Assembly (NCBI RefSeq): GCF_022045235.1
Contig: NW_027266275.1
Location: forward strand, 58,094,001-58,158,000
Reading direction: 5' to 3'
DNA from: Haliotis cracherodii
Lineage: Eukaryota
Length of the DNA stretch: 64,000 nt
Of the stretch, positions 24,487-36,608 are shown in pieces (position 1 is the first letter of the stretch; each line of letters starts with the position of its first letter). Below the pieces are notes generated by a model that searched no databases, was not told the DNA's origin, and saw only the letters and a list, made by a program, of their open reading frames with translations. Made by a program: the position numbers and the translations under genes.

Positions 24487-24735
24487 GACTGCCTCCGTGG
24501 TCTAGTGGATTGAGTGTCTTCCCAGAGAGTGGAAGATCTGTGGTTCGATCTCCATCCTTGTCAAACCCCCAAATATGGTACTATTTGTTACCCTGTCTTG
24601 TTACCCTGGTGTTCAGCATTGAGGGAATAAAACAAAGGCTTGTACTGTGTCAGTATACTATGTCTGAATAGTTATCCATGTTAAACTGCGGCATGGTATC
24701 TCAAGGGGCTGGCACCATAAACCCTTGCACATTGA
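24487..24735 (+). mobile_element. tRNA-derived SINE family B (Meta/MESC-like), 3'-truncated
   Basis: Aligns by eye with the 29937 copy; A box TGGTCTAGTGG, B box GGTTCGATC. Confidence 0.8.
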
Positions 24736-24851
24736 GGATAGTCGGGTAGCTTAGTTGTTTAAGCATTTGCGCGTAACATCGAAGACCCGGGTTCGATTCC
24801 TGTCATGGGTACAATGTGTGTCCCCTGCTGTAATATTGCTGGAATATTGCT
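24736..24851 (+). mobile_element. tRNA-derived SINE family A, cut by the gap
   Basis: GTCGGGTAGC..GGGTTCGATTCC..CATGGGTACAATGTGTG. Confidence 0.8.
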
Positions 24852-24985
24852 NNNNNNNNNNNNNNNNNNNNNNNNNNNNNNNNNNNNNNNNNNNNNNNNN
24901 NNNNNNNNNNNNNNNNNNNNNNNNNNNNNNNNNNNNNNNNNNNNNNNNNNNNNNNNNNNNNNNNNNNNNNNNNNNNNNNNNNNNN
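24852..24985. other. Assembly gap (134 N)
   Basis: Run of N. Confidence 1.
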
Positions 24986-25394
24986 TGTTCAGAAATTTGG
25001 AATGTGATGTTAGACCCCATTCCACCTCACCCAAACTCTTCAATGCTCTTAAGACTAGTAGTTTGGTTTAAGGGAGTACTGGGCAAGATAAAAATACATG
25101 GTGATAGTCACCGACACTCACCATTTGCTGGCCATTGCCCACTGTTGATCTTGATCTGGATCTGGAGAGGGATTCTAAGCTTGTGTTTGAGTAGGCTGGT
25201 CCAAGAATGGACACTGTGTTGACCTTGATAATTGCGTCCAGGTGTGTTGTCTTTGAGCATACTTTCAGCGTAAATATCATATATTTGCCATAATTTATGG
25301 AGATCTTGATATATTGGATTTTCTCACTGTCAAACCCTTCATTTTGCCTTTTTGACAATTTGTGTGTGTATAATTATGGTCATTATGATAATTG

Positions 25395-25756
25395 GACCGC
25401 CTCCGTGGTCTTGTGATAGAGCGTCCACGGAAGGTCCGGGGTTTGATCCCCGGCTGCGTCATACCAAAAGATGTTTAAAGATGGTACTTGTTGTTACCCT
25501 GTCTGGCGCTCGTCATTAAGGGGCTTAAACAAGGACTGGTCGGCTTGGTGTCAGTATACTGTGTCTGAGTGGGGTATTCATGTTAAACTGTGGCATGGTA
25601 TCTCAGCATGCTCAGTGGGCTAGCACTATAAATTGGTCCAGACTTGTACAAACACCCACATGCACACGCACACACACATACACACATGCATGCATGTCAC
25701 TATATAAGCAATAATCTTGGACGCGACGTTAAACCCAATTTCACCTCACCTCATCA
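25395..25756 (+). mobile_element. tRNA-derived SINE family B (Meta/MESC-like), full length
   Basis: TSD CATTATGATAATTG / CATTATAATAATTG; GTCATACCAAAAGA..GGTACTTG central domain; GACGTTAAACCC + (CACCT)n tail. Confidence 0.88.
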
Positions 25757-25887
25757 CATTATAATAATTGAACTGTAATCAATGTGTATAACAGACATAG
25801 CTTTTGCCAAGAATCACATTTTCATCATTATTATCAAATCATATGAATGCCAGCCTATCTATAGACCATGACCTTTGACCTATGCAT

Positions 25888-26096
25888 CCCCTTATGAGAT
25901 CCGGGGTAGAATAGGTCTTCAGCAACCAATGCTTGCCGTAAAATGTGACTGCTTGTCATAAGAGGCGACAAATGGGATCGGGTGGTCAGGCTTGCTGACT
26001 TGGTTAGTGCATGTAATTGTATCCCCGTTGCGTGAATTGATGCTCATGATGTCAATCACTGGATTGTCTGACCCACACTAGATTATTTATCGACCA
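25888..26096 (+). mobile_element. Retroposon family D (no tRNA head, structured 5' end), copy with duplicated last hairpin
   Basis: Shares segments with 27921, 29506, 41648 and 43918. Confidence 0.75.
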
Positions 26097-26154
26097 TGTC
26101 TACTTTTGTCTACCATGTTTACTGGTACCATATATTTATATATATAATGGCCAA

Positions 26155-26321
26155 GGGGCGGTCGGGTAGTTTAGTGGTTAAAGCGTTTGCTTGTCACACC
26201 GAAAATCTGGGTTCAATTCCTGACATGGGTTCAATGTGTGTAGGCCATTTCTGTTGTTCCCCGCTGTGATATTACTTGAATATTGCTAAAAGTGGCGTAA
26301 AAGCATACTCACTCACATTCA
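26155..26321 (+). mobile_element. tRNA-derived SINE family A
   Basis: GGGGCGGTCGGGTAG head, B box, GGCGTAAA + (ACTC)n tail. Confidence 0.85.
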
Positions 26322-27468
26322 CTATAATTGCCGAAGTATGTTCTCCACAACCACAATGTTACTTGTTATACAATGTGATCAAGTGGTTACATTCAATCAA
26401 ATATATTTTGGTTTTTGCTCCCATGTTCATATTAGATTTTATTATATACTTCTGTGTGAAACATAGAGCTTTCTGAAGTTGAGAATTTTTTTATTTTCAT
26501 TGCAATGAATATAACCCTTGATATTTCTATGCAGTGAACATAATACTTTGACGGAACTATTGTCATAAAAGAGTTACCTCCCTTCAAATTGTCTCCCTTT
26601 ATCTTAAGTGTCTCGTCCGTACACAAACTGTTGACTTCCTTATTATGTAAGTTCCACATTGACAAGGCAAAATAATGACAGATGGTCATTTATGCAGTTA
26701 ATATCGCTTCTTGCCATTTCTTATTCTCTTGAAAATGTTTCATTTTTAAACTGTAAATTTCTCATTTGACTGTTTGTTTTGCAAAGCACTTTCTTTGTTA
26801 CTTGACCAGCATGTATATTCAGCAGTCTCATAAAAACAATTCTGGTGAACTGTCTCACACCGCAAATAAATGCTTTGACCAAATTGAAGTAATTGCACCA
26901 TTAATTGAGTATAAAATAAGTTTTTATGTTTTTGTGGATAATATCATGAAACCTTTGCTAAGGTCATGGGAAAGCCAGGCTAATAGTGTATGGGCAGGGC
27001 TATTTTCACTAGTGTGAGATTGAATTGCAATAGGACAGCAATAGTTGTCAACTGTTGCAATAGTATTGCGATATTTCTAAACCAACTTTGAGACTTGATA
27101 ATCATATTAATCAATGTGATGCAATGGAATAAAGTATTGCAAATGTCAAAGTTGTCCATTTATCTTACTGTCACTACCTTATTCAAAGGGTAGTAACTCG
27201 AATCTGAATCCCTTAGCAGCACAGGGCACTTTTGAAAATAGTCTTTCAAAACTGAGTTTTCTTACACATAAAATATGTTTTATTAATTTATTTTTTTCAA
27301 CTGTTGAAACTAGCATTTGTTATGCATACCATTGATGATATGATTGCATATTTAAATTCCACTTGCTATAGTGCCAATTGCAATGCGGCAGTAGTCATTA
27401 CCATGATTACACTCCTTGTTTGAACCCTGTATCGCCATGGGAGCATTCACGATAAATTTTACAGTCTT

Positions 27469-27667
27469 GGGCCACAGGTGGAATTGTCTGAGGCTTTAGA
27501 ATTCACTGTGCAGAGTTGCATCCCTTAGGCTTGCCAGAAACCAATGATGGTGGGTTCGAATCTTAGTTTGTCCTTATTATTATGTTGCCTAAGATCTGCT
27601 TCAAGCTGACAAACCGTGATATAACTGAAATATTGTTCACAGTGGCGTTATCCCTGATTCACTCACT
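27469..27667 (+). mobile_element. tRNA-derived SINE family C, internally deleted
   Basis: Matches head and tail of the 53743 copy. Confidence 0.75.
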
Positions 27668-27685
27668 TGCTCTTACACTGTATGA

Positions 27686-28075
<390 letters not shown>

Positions 28076-28171
28076 ATCTTAGATTGCTTTGTGGAACTGT
28101 TAGTATACTACAGTATAATTCCCTCCTTTGAATATACATGTGTGTAACTAAGTATCACCCCTCTGTTTCAG

Positions 28172-28230
28172 ACGCTTGTCACACCTTAACATGTGCAATA
28201 ATGCTGCTCAACACAGATTTACATGGACAG
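28172..28230 (+). CDS. PSD: PSD/EFA6 coding exon 3 (Sec7 motif 2)
   Basis: [20 protein letters not shown]; phase 1 to 0. Confidence 0.95.
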
Positions 28231-28937
28231 GTAAGGGTGTGGGCCACTGTGTCTCATTCAGTCTTTTAATTAGTTGTTAAATGGCATCAGGACATGTTCA
28301 TGATTTGGTCAACTTTCGGAAGGATGTGCTTCTATATTATTCCATTTTTTAGAAGATCTTTAGAACACTTGAGATGAGAATCAGTCAAGTCGTAAGACAT
28401 GAACCGTTCGATGCACGATGCAATGATGTGTTTGAATTTCACAGCGTACCATAACATACTTATGTCATCAATCATGACATGGAAAGTGACTTGCCCACTG
28501 AAGAAACTGCAAGCGACTCACTTTAGGTAGACTGTATAATAATTGGGGAACTGTGGATAATTAGATTTCTTGGTGACGGATTCTTCATTTCATCATGATA
28601 GCTTGACTTGTTCACTTGGATAAGCCTGGGTACCAGATGCTTGAGTCTCTTTGAGACAGTAAGGTGTTGCTCATTGGCTGCAACTGACCACTTTATCATA
28701 TCTATCATGAAAATGATTAAAACAACGTGTGAAGAAAGACTTATTTGAAATCTAATTAAAGATGATTTGTTTATATATGACTATAACTGTCCATACAGTA
28801 ATGTGATGTTGTCTATCATGGCATTTAGATTTGGTGCTTGAAGTGACCGGCTAACCAAAGTAATGTTGGAAAGATACTCTGTTATTAATAAATGTTAAGT
28901 GCACTTAGAGGTGACTTATATTTGTCTTCTGTTGCAG

Positions 28938-29071
28938 TTTGTTGGGAGGAAAATGACCTGTTCTGAATTTATTGATAATTTATCTGAGCTAAATGATGGT
29001 GAGAATTTCCCCAGAGAAGTCCTGAAGTCAATCTACCAGTCGATCAAATCCGAGCAGTTAGACTGGGCTGT
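28938..29071 (+). CDS. PSD: PSD/EFA6 coding exon 4 (end of Sec7)
   Basis: FVGRKMTCSEFIDNLSELNDGENFPREVLKSIYQSIKSEQLDWAV; phase 0 to 2. Confidence 0.95.
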
Positions 29072-29390
29072 GTAAGTGGCACACTTTGTCAGGCACTTTG
29101 CTATTGTTACCATGTAGTACTAAGACAAGTTGTAATATTATGGTATCTAGTTATTTTCATATGTTCAGTCAAAGTAAGATTTCCTGTGTCTAATTCCCTG
29201 TTGGGCTCAAGTGTACACTACTGGTATTAACAGAATATATGTTCATATGATACCATTCTTGAAAGGAAGCTTTTTGGGAAATGGAGTTATGTTTCCTTAC
29301 ATAATCTTGTGTAATTTTAATGCAGGATGTGTTATTGTAATCACGTGACATCATTATGCATACCTGTAGCTTCTATTACCTGTGATGCAG

Positions 29391-29481
29391 GGATGACGAT
29401 GTGCCAGAGGCCGATGCTTCTCAAGAGGCTGGGTCTCAGTCAGGCTCTGGACCCATAATAGGACAAAACCCTTTCCTAGAT
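29391..29481 (+). CDS. PSD: PSD/EFA6 coding exon 5 (Sec7-PH linker)
   Basis: DDDVPEADASQEAGSQSGSGPIIGQNPFLD; CAG/GTGAGT; phase 2 to 0. Confidence 0.9.
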
Positions 29482-29505
29482 GTGAGTAGGGCATCAGAGC
29501 TGTGT

Positions 29506-29678
29506 CCCGTGGGGATTCGGGGGTCAAACTAGGAAACTTTTAATATCGTGTCATCATAACACAAAGTCATGATGGTTGTGCTTAATGTCAGTCAATCACT
29601 GGATTGTCTGGTACAGACAGTATTATTTACAAGACCCTCATATAACTAATCTTGCTGAGTGTGGTGTTCAACAACAAG
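29506..29678 (+). mobile_element. Retroposon family D, degenerate copy
   Basis: CCCGTGGGGATTCGGGGGT start; ATCACTGGATTGTCTGG body; TTGCTGAGTGTGGTGTTCAACAACAA tail. Confidence 0.6.
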
Positions 29679-29821
29679 CGGAAAGAAACCTAAAATTAAC
29701 TAATCAATAAGTCCACCTTCTTTCTAGTAATAAGAAAATATTCATTACTATTATGCACGAATTGTGTATTGAATTAGCAAATGAGTGCCTTTTCATGAAT
29801 GTTATTGATCTCATGTCACAG

Positions 29822-29903
29822 ACTCCTGACCCGAATAAGACAACGGAGTACAAGAAAGGCTATGTGATGAGGAAGTGCTGCAAAGATATGGATGGCAGAA
29901 GAA
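29822..29903 (+). CDS. PSD: PSD/EFA6 coding exon 6 (start of PH)
   Basis: TPDPNKTTEYKKGYVMRKCCKDMDGRR; phase 0 to 1. Confidence 0.93.
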
Positions 29904-29936
29904 GTAAGTGCATGTCATCATTGTTCATTGAAACAA

Positions 29937-30286
29937 GACTGCCTCCGTAGTCTAGTGGTAGAGTGTCCGCCCGGAGAGCTGAAGGTCCGGGGTTTGATCC
30001 TCGGCTGCGTCATACCAAAAGACGTTAAAAGATGGTACTTGTTTTTACCCTGTCTGACGCTCAGCATTAAAGGGCCAAAACAAGTACTGGTCGGCTCGGA
30101 GTCAGTATACTGTGTCTGAGTGGGGTATTCATGTTAAACTGCAGCATGGTATCTCAGTGAGCTAGCACTATAAATCGGCAACAGTCCGGTCTAGTACAAG
30201 CAGCCACACAAACACACACACGAACATGCACGTCGCTATATAAGTGCAATAATCTTGGACGCGACATTAAACCCCATTTCACCACC
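29937..30286 (+). mobile_element. tRNA-derived SINE family B (Meta/MESC-like), full length
   Basis: TSD TCATTGAAACAA at both ends; A/B boxes; central domain; tail. Confidence 0.9.
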
Positions 30287-30359
30287 TCATTGAAACAAGT
30301 TAACTTGCTGATCAACATTAAGTTGAACCCATCAGGCATATCAGATACCTGTGAACAAG

Positions 30360-30484
30360 GGTTTCATGTTTGTCAACACCATACCCTTGCTTGTGGGTAA
30401 ACGTCAAAGACTTGCAACACTTGGCATTCCATGATATTACTTCATACTGTTCAAAACAGCATTAAAACAAACTCACTCACTCAC
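30360..30484 (+). mobile_element. SINE family C 3' fragment
   Basis: TTTGTCAACACCATACCC body and (ACTC)n tail. Confidence 0.6.
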
Positions 30485-30710
30485 TGTCCTTTCAGAGTTT
30501 GTGTCCGTATCAAGTCCTTTTTATGCCACTGAACAGCACTAATGGTGTTCATGGCAAGTGTATCATATATTAATTTCTTATCCCGATACAACAAATGCAA
30601 ATTTCCTCTCTTTTTGATATAATAACAAAGAGCCTTCCTTTTCTTTGAGTTTCAACGATATATTATACTTATTTATTAACTAAAAAAAACTAATGTTCCA
30701 TCACATTTGG

Positions 30711-33700
30711 TTTACCTTATCCTTAGTCCTACTAATAGCTTATCACAACTCATTTCCGAAAGGTGGAAATTTTCTGGACTGTTCCCGGAGAACAGAAATA
30801 AACAGCTCTCCCAAACGCTCCCCTGGTTTGCGCATGTGCACCGGAAACATGTGACCAAGCTGGCATACTCGTCACTCTCTCATTTACATGCCAACTGAGT
30901 AATTGGGAAATTTTGTTCTGAACTTGTAATTTGAGCCATTCTTTCAAACTTAGCCTTTTTTCATAATTATTTTTGTTCGGATTGCTTTCTTCTAATCTTT
31001 ATTCATCATATGTAATGATTATTTTTTTGCCTTGGGTTTAATCTTTTTCATAGTTTTAGACTTAAATGTTACCTCTGTGTCCATATGTAGTGTGTATGTT
31101 TCAAATCTATACGCTCACCCTATTTGTGCGGGCTGCCTTCCTCAACACTGCACTACGGAGAAGAGATTAAGTTTCTGCGCTCCTTGGGAGAAGAACATTT
31201 TGCACAGTATCTCTTCGTGGTGCACAGGAGGAAGATGGACCGTAAAAGAGGAAGGAATCATCACAATCTGCATCGTCCTCAGATGACTTGTTTGAAGGTA
31301 CACGCTACACCTACACCTCATTCAGAGGAAGAGAGGGACTCTGATTCTAGAGAGGAAGTTCTTATAGTTCTTCCTCCCTCGCAGAGCAACCCAGTCATAC
31401 TTACAAGTTCTTCCCTAGGCAGCAGAAGTGTTGACGCCCTTCTCAACGGTTCAGCCAAGTCGTTGACCAAATCCCCTGCTGTTTCTTCTGAGCGACCTTC
31501 GCGCAACAGCCACCTTCATGCAGCTGCAGATGTTCACACAGCTTCCATCTTTCACACAGCCTACAATGTTCATGCAGTCTAACGTCTTTCAACAGCGTGC
31601 TATACCCTTATAAACCAGTGTTACCCAGCAAATGTACTTTCCATGCAGCAGCAAGGAGCAATAGATCTGCAGCATCCAGCAATAGACCTTCACACAGCCA
31701 CAGACCTTCATGCAGCACTAAACCTGCATGCAGTTCACACAACTTCAAGGGTTCATGCCCCCTCCAAAGTTCACGAAGCCTGCATTCTGACATTTTCTAC
31801 TCGTTGTATTGCAACATCAGACAATAAGTGGAAGACTTCATGCAACCTACACTTTCACCCCCAACTTCTGAAGAAAATTCTGATCTCACGGTTCATCCAC
31901 AGCTCCAAATCCTAAAGCCTCATATCTTTTCAAGATAAGGATGTGTTTAAGCTTGTATTTGAAGGAAGTCAATCCCATTTTCTTGTTTCAGTGCAGACTT
32001 CTTCCCTCAGTAGGAATAGGAAGGAAAATTCATCGATCTCTTACCATGAGGATCAGTCATTCATTGATGATGAAGACAGGGTAGACATCAACTGGGCTGT
32101 TCATCTAAATTCACCAGTACGATCGGCAGAGCTTCGTCGAATATTGACAATATTCATTTACCTACATGCATCAAATATCATGAAGATTATTTTGCTACTG
32201 CACTGGACACGTCACAGATCCTACACAGAACTGACTGCGTATACACCATTATGCTTCAGAACTCGACACACCACTTTGTCTATCTACCATACAGGTCACA
32301 CTGGATTGTCAGTGTCTGGAGCATTGGACATCCTCTCCGCAGTATTCTTTGTTTCCTGGGGCGGTCAGGTAGCCTAGTGGTTAAAGCGTACACTTGTCAC
32401 GCCAAAGACCCGGATTCATTTTCAGACATGGTTATAATGTGTAAAGTCCATTTCTGGTGTCCCCCATTGTGATATTGTTGGAATATTGCTAAAAGTGGCG
32501 TAAAATCAAACTCACTCACTCCTTGTTTCCTGTGCAGGATGATGTACATGTCATGTGTCAAGATTTCACTGACTAGACAAACCTGAATATGCTGTGAGCC
32601 GTGCAGTGCACCTTTACAGACTGGTTTGCTTGTACGTAAAGCTGTAACTACACGATCCGACGCTACACATCAATGTGACCGGGGCACTTCAGTAGACCTC
32701 CGATGATGACAAGCGGAGTAATTCACAGCGACAGCACCCTTCACCGTCTCTACATATTAGAAGGGAGCGCTTAATTAGCATCCAGGAGATGGAATCCCAC
32801 CGCCTTATCACCAGAACAACACAACAGGTCAACCCAGAAAGACAAGTCATCCCTCACTTTTGATGATCAGGAATTGCCGAAAACAGACACATCGATACAC
32901 TCCCTATAATCTCCACATTCCTTCAAGGCACTGCTTGCTGATAACACAGACATATTTCCACATGGTCTCGATTATCATGCTTTGTGCGATCCTTCAGACG
33001 GAAGAATTATGTATTTAGCCTCAATCTACCAGATGCATGTTACTTTCAACGACCAGTACATTGATGCCTTAACAATCGGCTAGGAAGCACTCTTATTAGG
33101 TCTACATGGAAGAGGCGTTTGCAGACAAAGGCAATCTCCACAAGTAGCAGAGTTCTTATGCCACCTGAGAAGCACAAGAAACCCAAGAAAGGTTCAACAC
33201 TGGGCACATTCTTAGCAGCCATTAACTCTGTCCTAACCATGTGCAATGGAATTAATAGTTCCAGAAATGATAGTGCTGTTCAGATCTTACAGGCTTGAAG
33301 ATCAACCTCAGCCTGGGACCTGAATGTGGTACTTTGTCATCTTCTAGTGACGTATACGAACCCTTACAACAAGATGATTTTGGACATCTGCCCCAGAAGA
33401 CATTATTTCTACTAGCCCTAGCCATGGCAGGCAGGATGTCAGACATACATGCGATCGATTTCTCCCATACAAGATTCCACAGTGGCAAACATGCATCAGC
33501 TCTTCTCGGCCTGAGAATGGATTTTGTCACCAAGACTCAGCTGCTTGGTCAACCAGTCAGACAGTTTCATGTCCCGCCACTCTCATCCATCCTGGGGTGA
33601 GAGGATGCTGGAGATGAACCAAGCACACAGGTGGAACCCACCACCTTCTTTGAGATTCAAGAAATTAGTATGAGTCAGGATAAGGTAAAATATGTATCTT

Positions 33701-33980
33701 TGAGAGTAAAAATAAAGTTTATACTTATCCCAGCCATCCGCTCTTCCCCTGTGTTTCGGCTGTTATGTAAGGGAAGCGTGAGAGTGATGAGTATATCGGC
33801 TTGGCCATGTGTCTCCAGTGCTCATGTGCAGACCAGGGGTGTGCTCAGATGAGCTGTATTTTCTATTCTCCGTGAACACAGTTCAGGACGTTTCCACTAA
33901 TTTTCCAAAATGATTTTAGATAAGCAATTTGTATGAATCAGGATATGTATTAAAAGAAAATGTTGACTCTAAAAAAAATA
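30711..33980 (+). mobile_element. Decayed DIRS (tyrosine recombinase) retrotransposon in PSD intron
   Basis: YR remnant QKTLFLLALAMAGRMSDIHAIDF..FVTKTQ (about 33395-33540); gag-like HPICAGC; 5' end TTTACCTTATCCTTAGTCCTACTAAT complementary to internal ATTAGTATGAGTCAGGATAAGGTAAA (33664-33689). Confidence 0.8.
32358..32521 (+). mobile_element. tRNA-derived SINE family A inserted into the DIRS fossil
   Basis: TSD TTGTTTCCT; full head and tail. Confidence 0.88.
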
Positions 33981-34738
33981 CATTCTTTTCATGGTATTAG
34001 TGCCAAGGTGGACAGGGTTCAAAGTTCAAACCTCAAACCTCAGACTTTGAGTCAAGTGAGCTAATGTCGTGGGCAATTTGTCTATAGTGCGTTGTAAATC
34101 TTGCATTGTCTGTCAAAAACATCCTCTACAGGGACAATAAACATGATAAAGCTGAAACCAAAATTGTGAAATTTTTACCTTTACACTTTGATGGAAACTT
34201 CTTATGACCGTTTCCGGGACACTTTCTTTCAAAATATCTGAATGCAATATTCAAAATGAAACCGATCCAGATCCAGTTTTCGGTCATTTTTGTACAGAAT
34301 GTAATCAAATTAAGCACACAAGACCAAGCTTTTTTGTTGTCAATATTGTATAAAGATTTTTTTGTTCCGTAGTTAAATTCTCTCGAAATGCATATTTGCC
34401 TTGCATATTCTTATCCTCTGAAATTGTCAGAGTGAAAGAGTTGAACTTAAATACTTAAATATCAATGCTGACAGCAAGTTTTGTTCAGTGGCTGTGTTTC
34501 AAACATTTGATTACATATCCAGGTGAGCTACAGTGCAGTGGCACTAATTTTTACAAATTTAACCTGCCAGGGTCCTGTTCCACAAAGTGATCTAAAACTT
34601 TAGTTAATGAATGTTAAAGTATGCGCCAGGAATATAGTATTTTAAATGCGACCCAGCAAATGAAAGCTCTATAAACCCATGACATCAATAAGCATCTGAA
34701 TGTAGCTTGTTATTAACCTGATATTGTTCTGTGTCCAG

Positions 34739-34967
34739 CCCCCATGGGCAAGCGAGGCTGGAAGATGTTCTGTGCTGTGCTGAGGGACATGATCCTGTAC
34801 CTGTACAAGGACGAGCATCAGCTGAAGAAGGGGGGCTTCGTGGAGAGCGCCAACAACTCAATCCGCATCCACCACTCCCTGGCCACCAAGGCCACGGACT
34901 ACACCAAGAAACAGCACGTGTTCCGGCTGCAGACAGCTGACTGGTGCGAGTACCTCTTCCAGACAAG
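34739..34967 (+). CDS. PSD: PSD/EFA6 coding exon 7 (PH domain)
   Basis: TPMGKRGWKMFCAVLRDMILYLYKDE...IRIHHSLATKATDYTKKQHVFRLQTADWCEYLFQT; phase 1 to 2. Confidence 0.96.
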
Positions 34968-35443
34968 GTCAGTCATCACTCAGCTTGGATTCCCAAATAA
35001 AAAAGCTCCCCCATTACCCACACCCTATCAGACTAACTGTGTGGTTACAATGTGACATGGCTGATGCTGTGCACTCAGGAGGCACGGGCGATCCATTTGT
35101 CTAATTTGCTGTGCAGAACTGCTTCCTGCAGGCATCCTGTAACCTATTATTGCGTATTCTAATTTGAAATTTGCCCTGAAAATGACATGTTGTATATGTG
35201 GTCCATTCGTATAAGGCACCACTTTTCACTATGCAGAAACCTATGATCATCGGTTCAAATCACAGTTCGCTCTGATAGTGTTTCCAGGTTTGTCAGCAAC
35301 ATATTCATGCCCCCGGGTTTCACCGAAGTGCAAATGTCTAAGACCTGCCATATGTATTGGATATTCCTCATGTGAATACAAATTTAAAATGGTTTGGATA
35401 AGGAGGTTAAGACAATATATGAGTTGTTTTCCATATGTTGCAG

Positions 35444-35588
35444 TGACAGTAAAGAATTGCAAGAGTGGATTGATACTATTAACATGGTTGCTTCCACGTT
35501 CTCTGCTCCCCCACTCCCTGGAGGGTGTGGCTCCAAGACCAGGTTCCAGCGCCCTCTACTGTCATCCTGCTACACTAGGCATAATATG
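35444..35588 (+). CDS. PSD: PSD/EFA6 coding exon 8 (end of PH, proline-rich segment)
   Basis: SDSKELQEWIDTINMVASTFSAPPLPGGCGSKTRFQRPLLSSCYTRHNM; phase 2 to 0. Confidence 0.95.
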
Positions 35589-36066
35589 GTATGTGGTAGC
35601 TGACACATCATTGCAATCTTTTTGAAGTCCTTGAAATATCTGTGAATCATCTTCTTGTACTGCAGTTGAAATGATTGTAGTGACAGTTGGTATAAATGCA
35701 TTGTTTGATATCCATAAGGCTGAAGAAATAATAGGAATTGAGTTTCAGCCATTCGTTATTAAAGGTGAAATATTCACCCAGGGTCCAAAGTAAAAAGGCT
35801 GGGGTGTCTTTGGGTCCTTGAATCTAGGTTTCCCAAAATCTTGACCTTTCAACATTAGGGTTATTAGAAGAGCCTCTAAACTTTCTTGCTTAATTTTGAA
35901 CACTGTTTAGTGGTATTTTCCTAAATTTGCAGCACCTGTGAACCAAGACACTTTTGGTCTAGTTGCTAACTGTTACAGTGCAGAAATACGTCAGTGCCTT
36001 AGAATCAAGACACACATCCTGTTATCTTGAATTTGAATTGTGTGAAAGTGGACCTGTGAAAGTAGA

Positions 36067-36119
36067 CCTGCCCTGCCCTGCCCTGCCCTGCCCTGCCCTG
36101 CCCTGCCCTGCCCTGCCCT
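36067..36119. repeat. (CCCTG)n microsatellite
   Basis: About 10 perfect units. Confidence 0.95.
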
Positions 36120-36159
36120 CTTCTCCTCTCTTCTCTTATGTAAAACTGCTTCAGAGGTG

Positions 36160-36450
36160 TAGGTTTTCCCAGAGAGCGGAAGGTCCGAGGTTTCATCCCT
36201 GGCTGCATCATACCACCAGGTGGTAAGAGATGGTATTGTTTACCCTGCCTACCACTTGGCATGAAGGGGTTAAGGCAAGGATTGACTGGCTGGCAGTATC
36301 ATGTGACTGAGTTGAACTGCAGCTTAGTACTTCTGTGGGCTAGCACTATAAAACAAGCATAAGTTTGGACTAGTACAAGTTGTCACACATGTGCATGCAA
36401 ATCACTGTATGAGTGAAATAGATTTGCGACGTTAAACCTGTTTCCCCTGA
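36160..36450 (+). mobile_element. SINE family B copy abutting the acceptor of PSD exon 9
   Basis: GATGGTATTG..CTAGCACTATAAA..GACGTTAAACC; start approximate. Confidence 0.75.
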
Positions 36451-36464
36451 CCTCCTCCCTGCAG

Positions 36465-36608
36465 AAGGACCAGCTGCTGACCCATGAGGACCATGTGAAC
36501 AGCCTGGAGCAAGACCTTCACCAACACCGAGCCATGGCCCCAGAGAAGGGGGCCAAGGTCAGGGTCATACAAGACTACCTTGATAAGGAAAACTACCTCG
36601 AATTTGAG
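36465..36608 (+). CDS. PSD: PSD/EFA6 coding exon 9 (coiled coil)
   Basis: KDQLLTHEDHVNSLEQDLHQHRAMAPEKGAKVRVIQDYLDKENYLEFE; phase 0 to 0. Confidence 0.93.

Noticed and set aside
24751-25222. ORFs crossing 24.85-24.99 kb
   Set aside because: Artefacts of the N gap
25888-25982. Calling the family D motif an HDV-like, twister or pistol ribozyme
   Set aside because: Stem order and conserved loops do not fit those folds by manual comparison; kept as an unassigned structured RNA
31032-32472. Cluster of 60-150 aa ORFs as a nested host gene
   Set aside because: They lie within the DIRS fossil and read as broken gag/RT remnants
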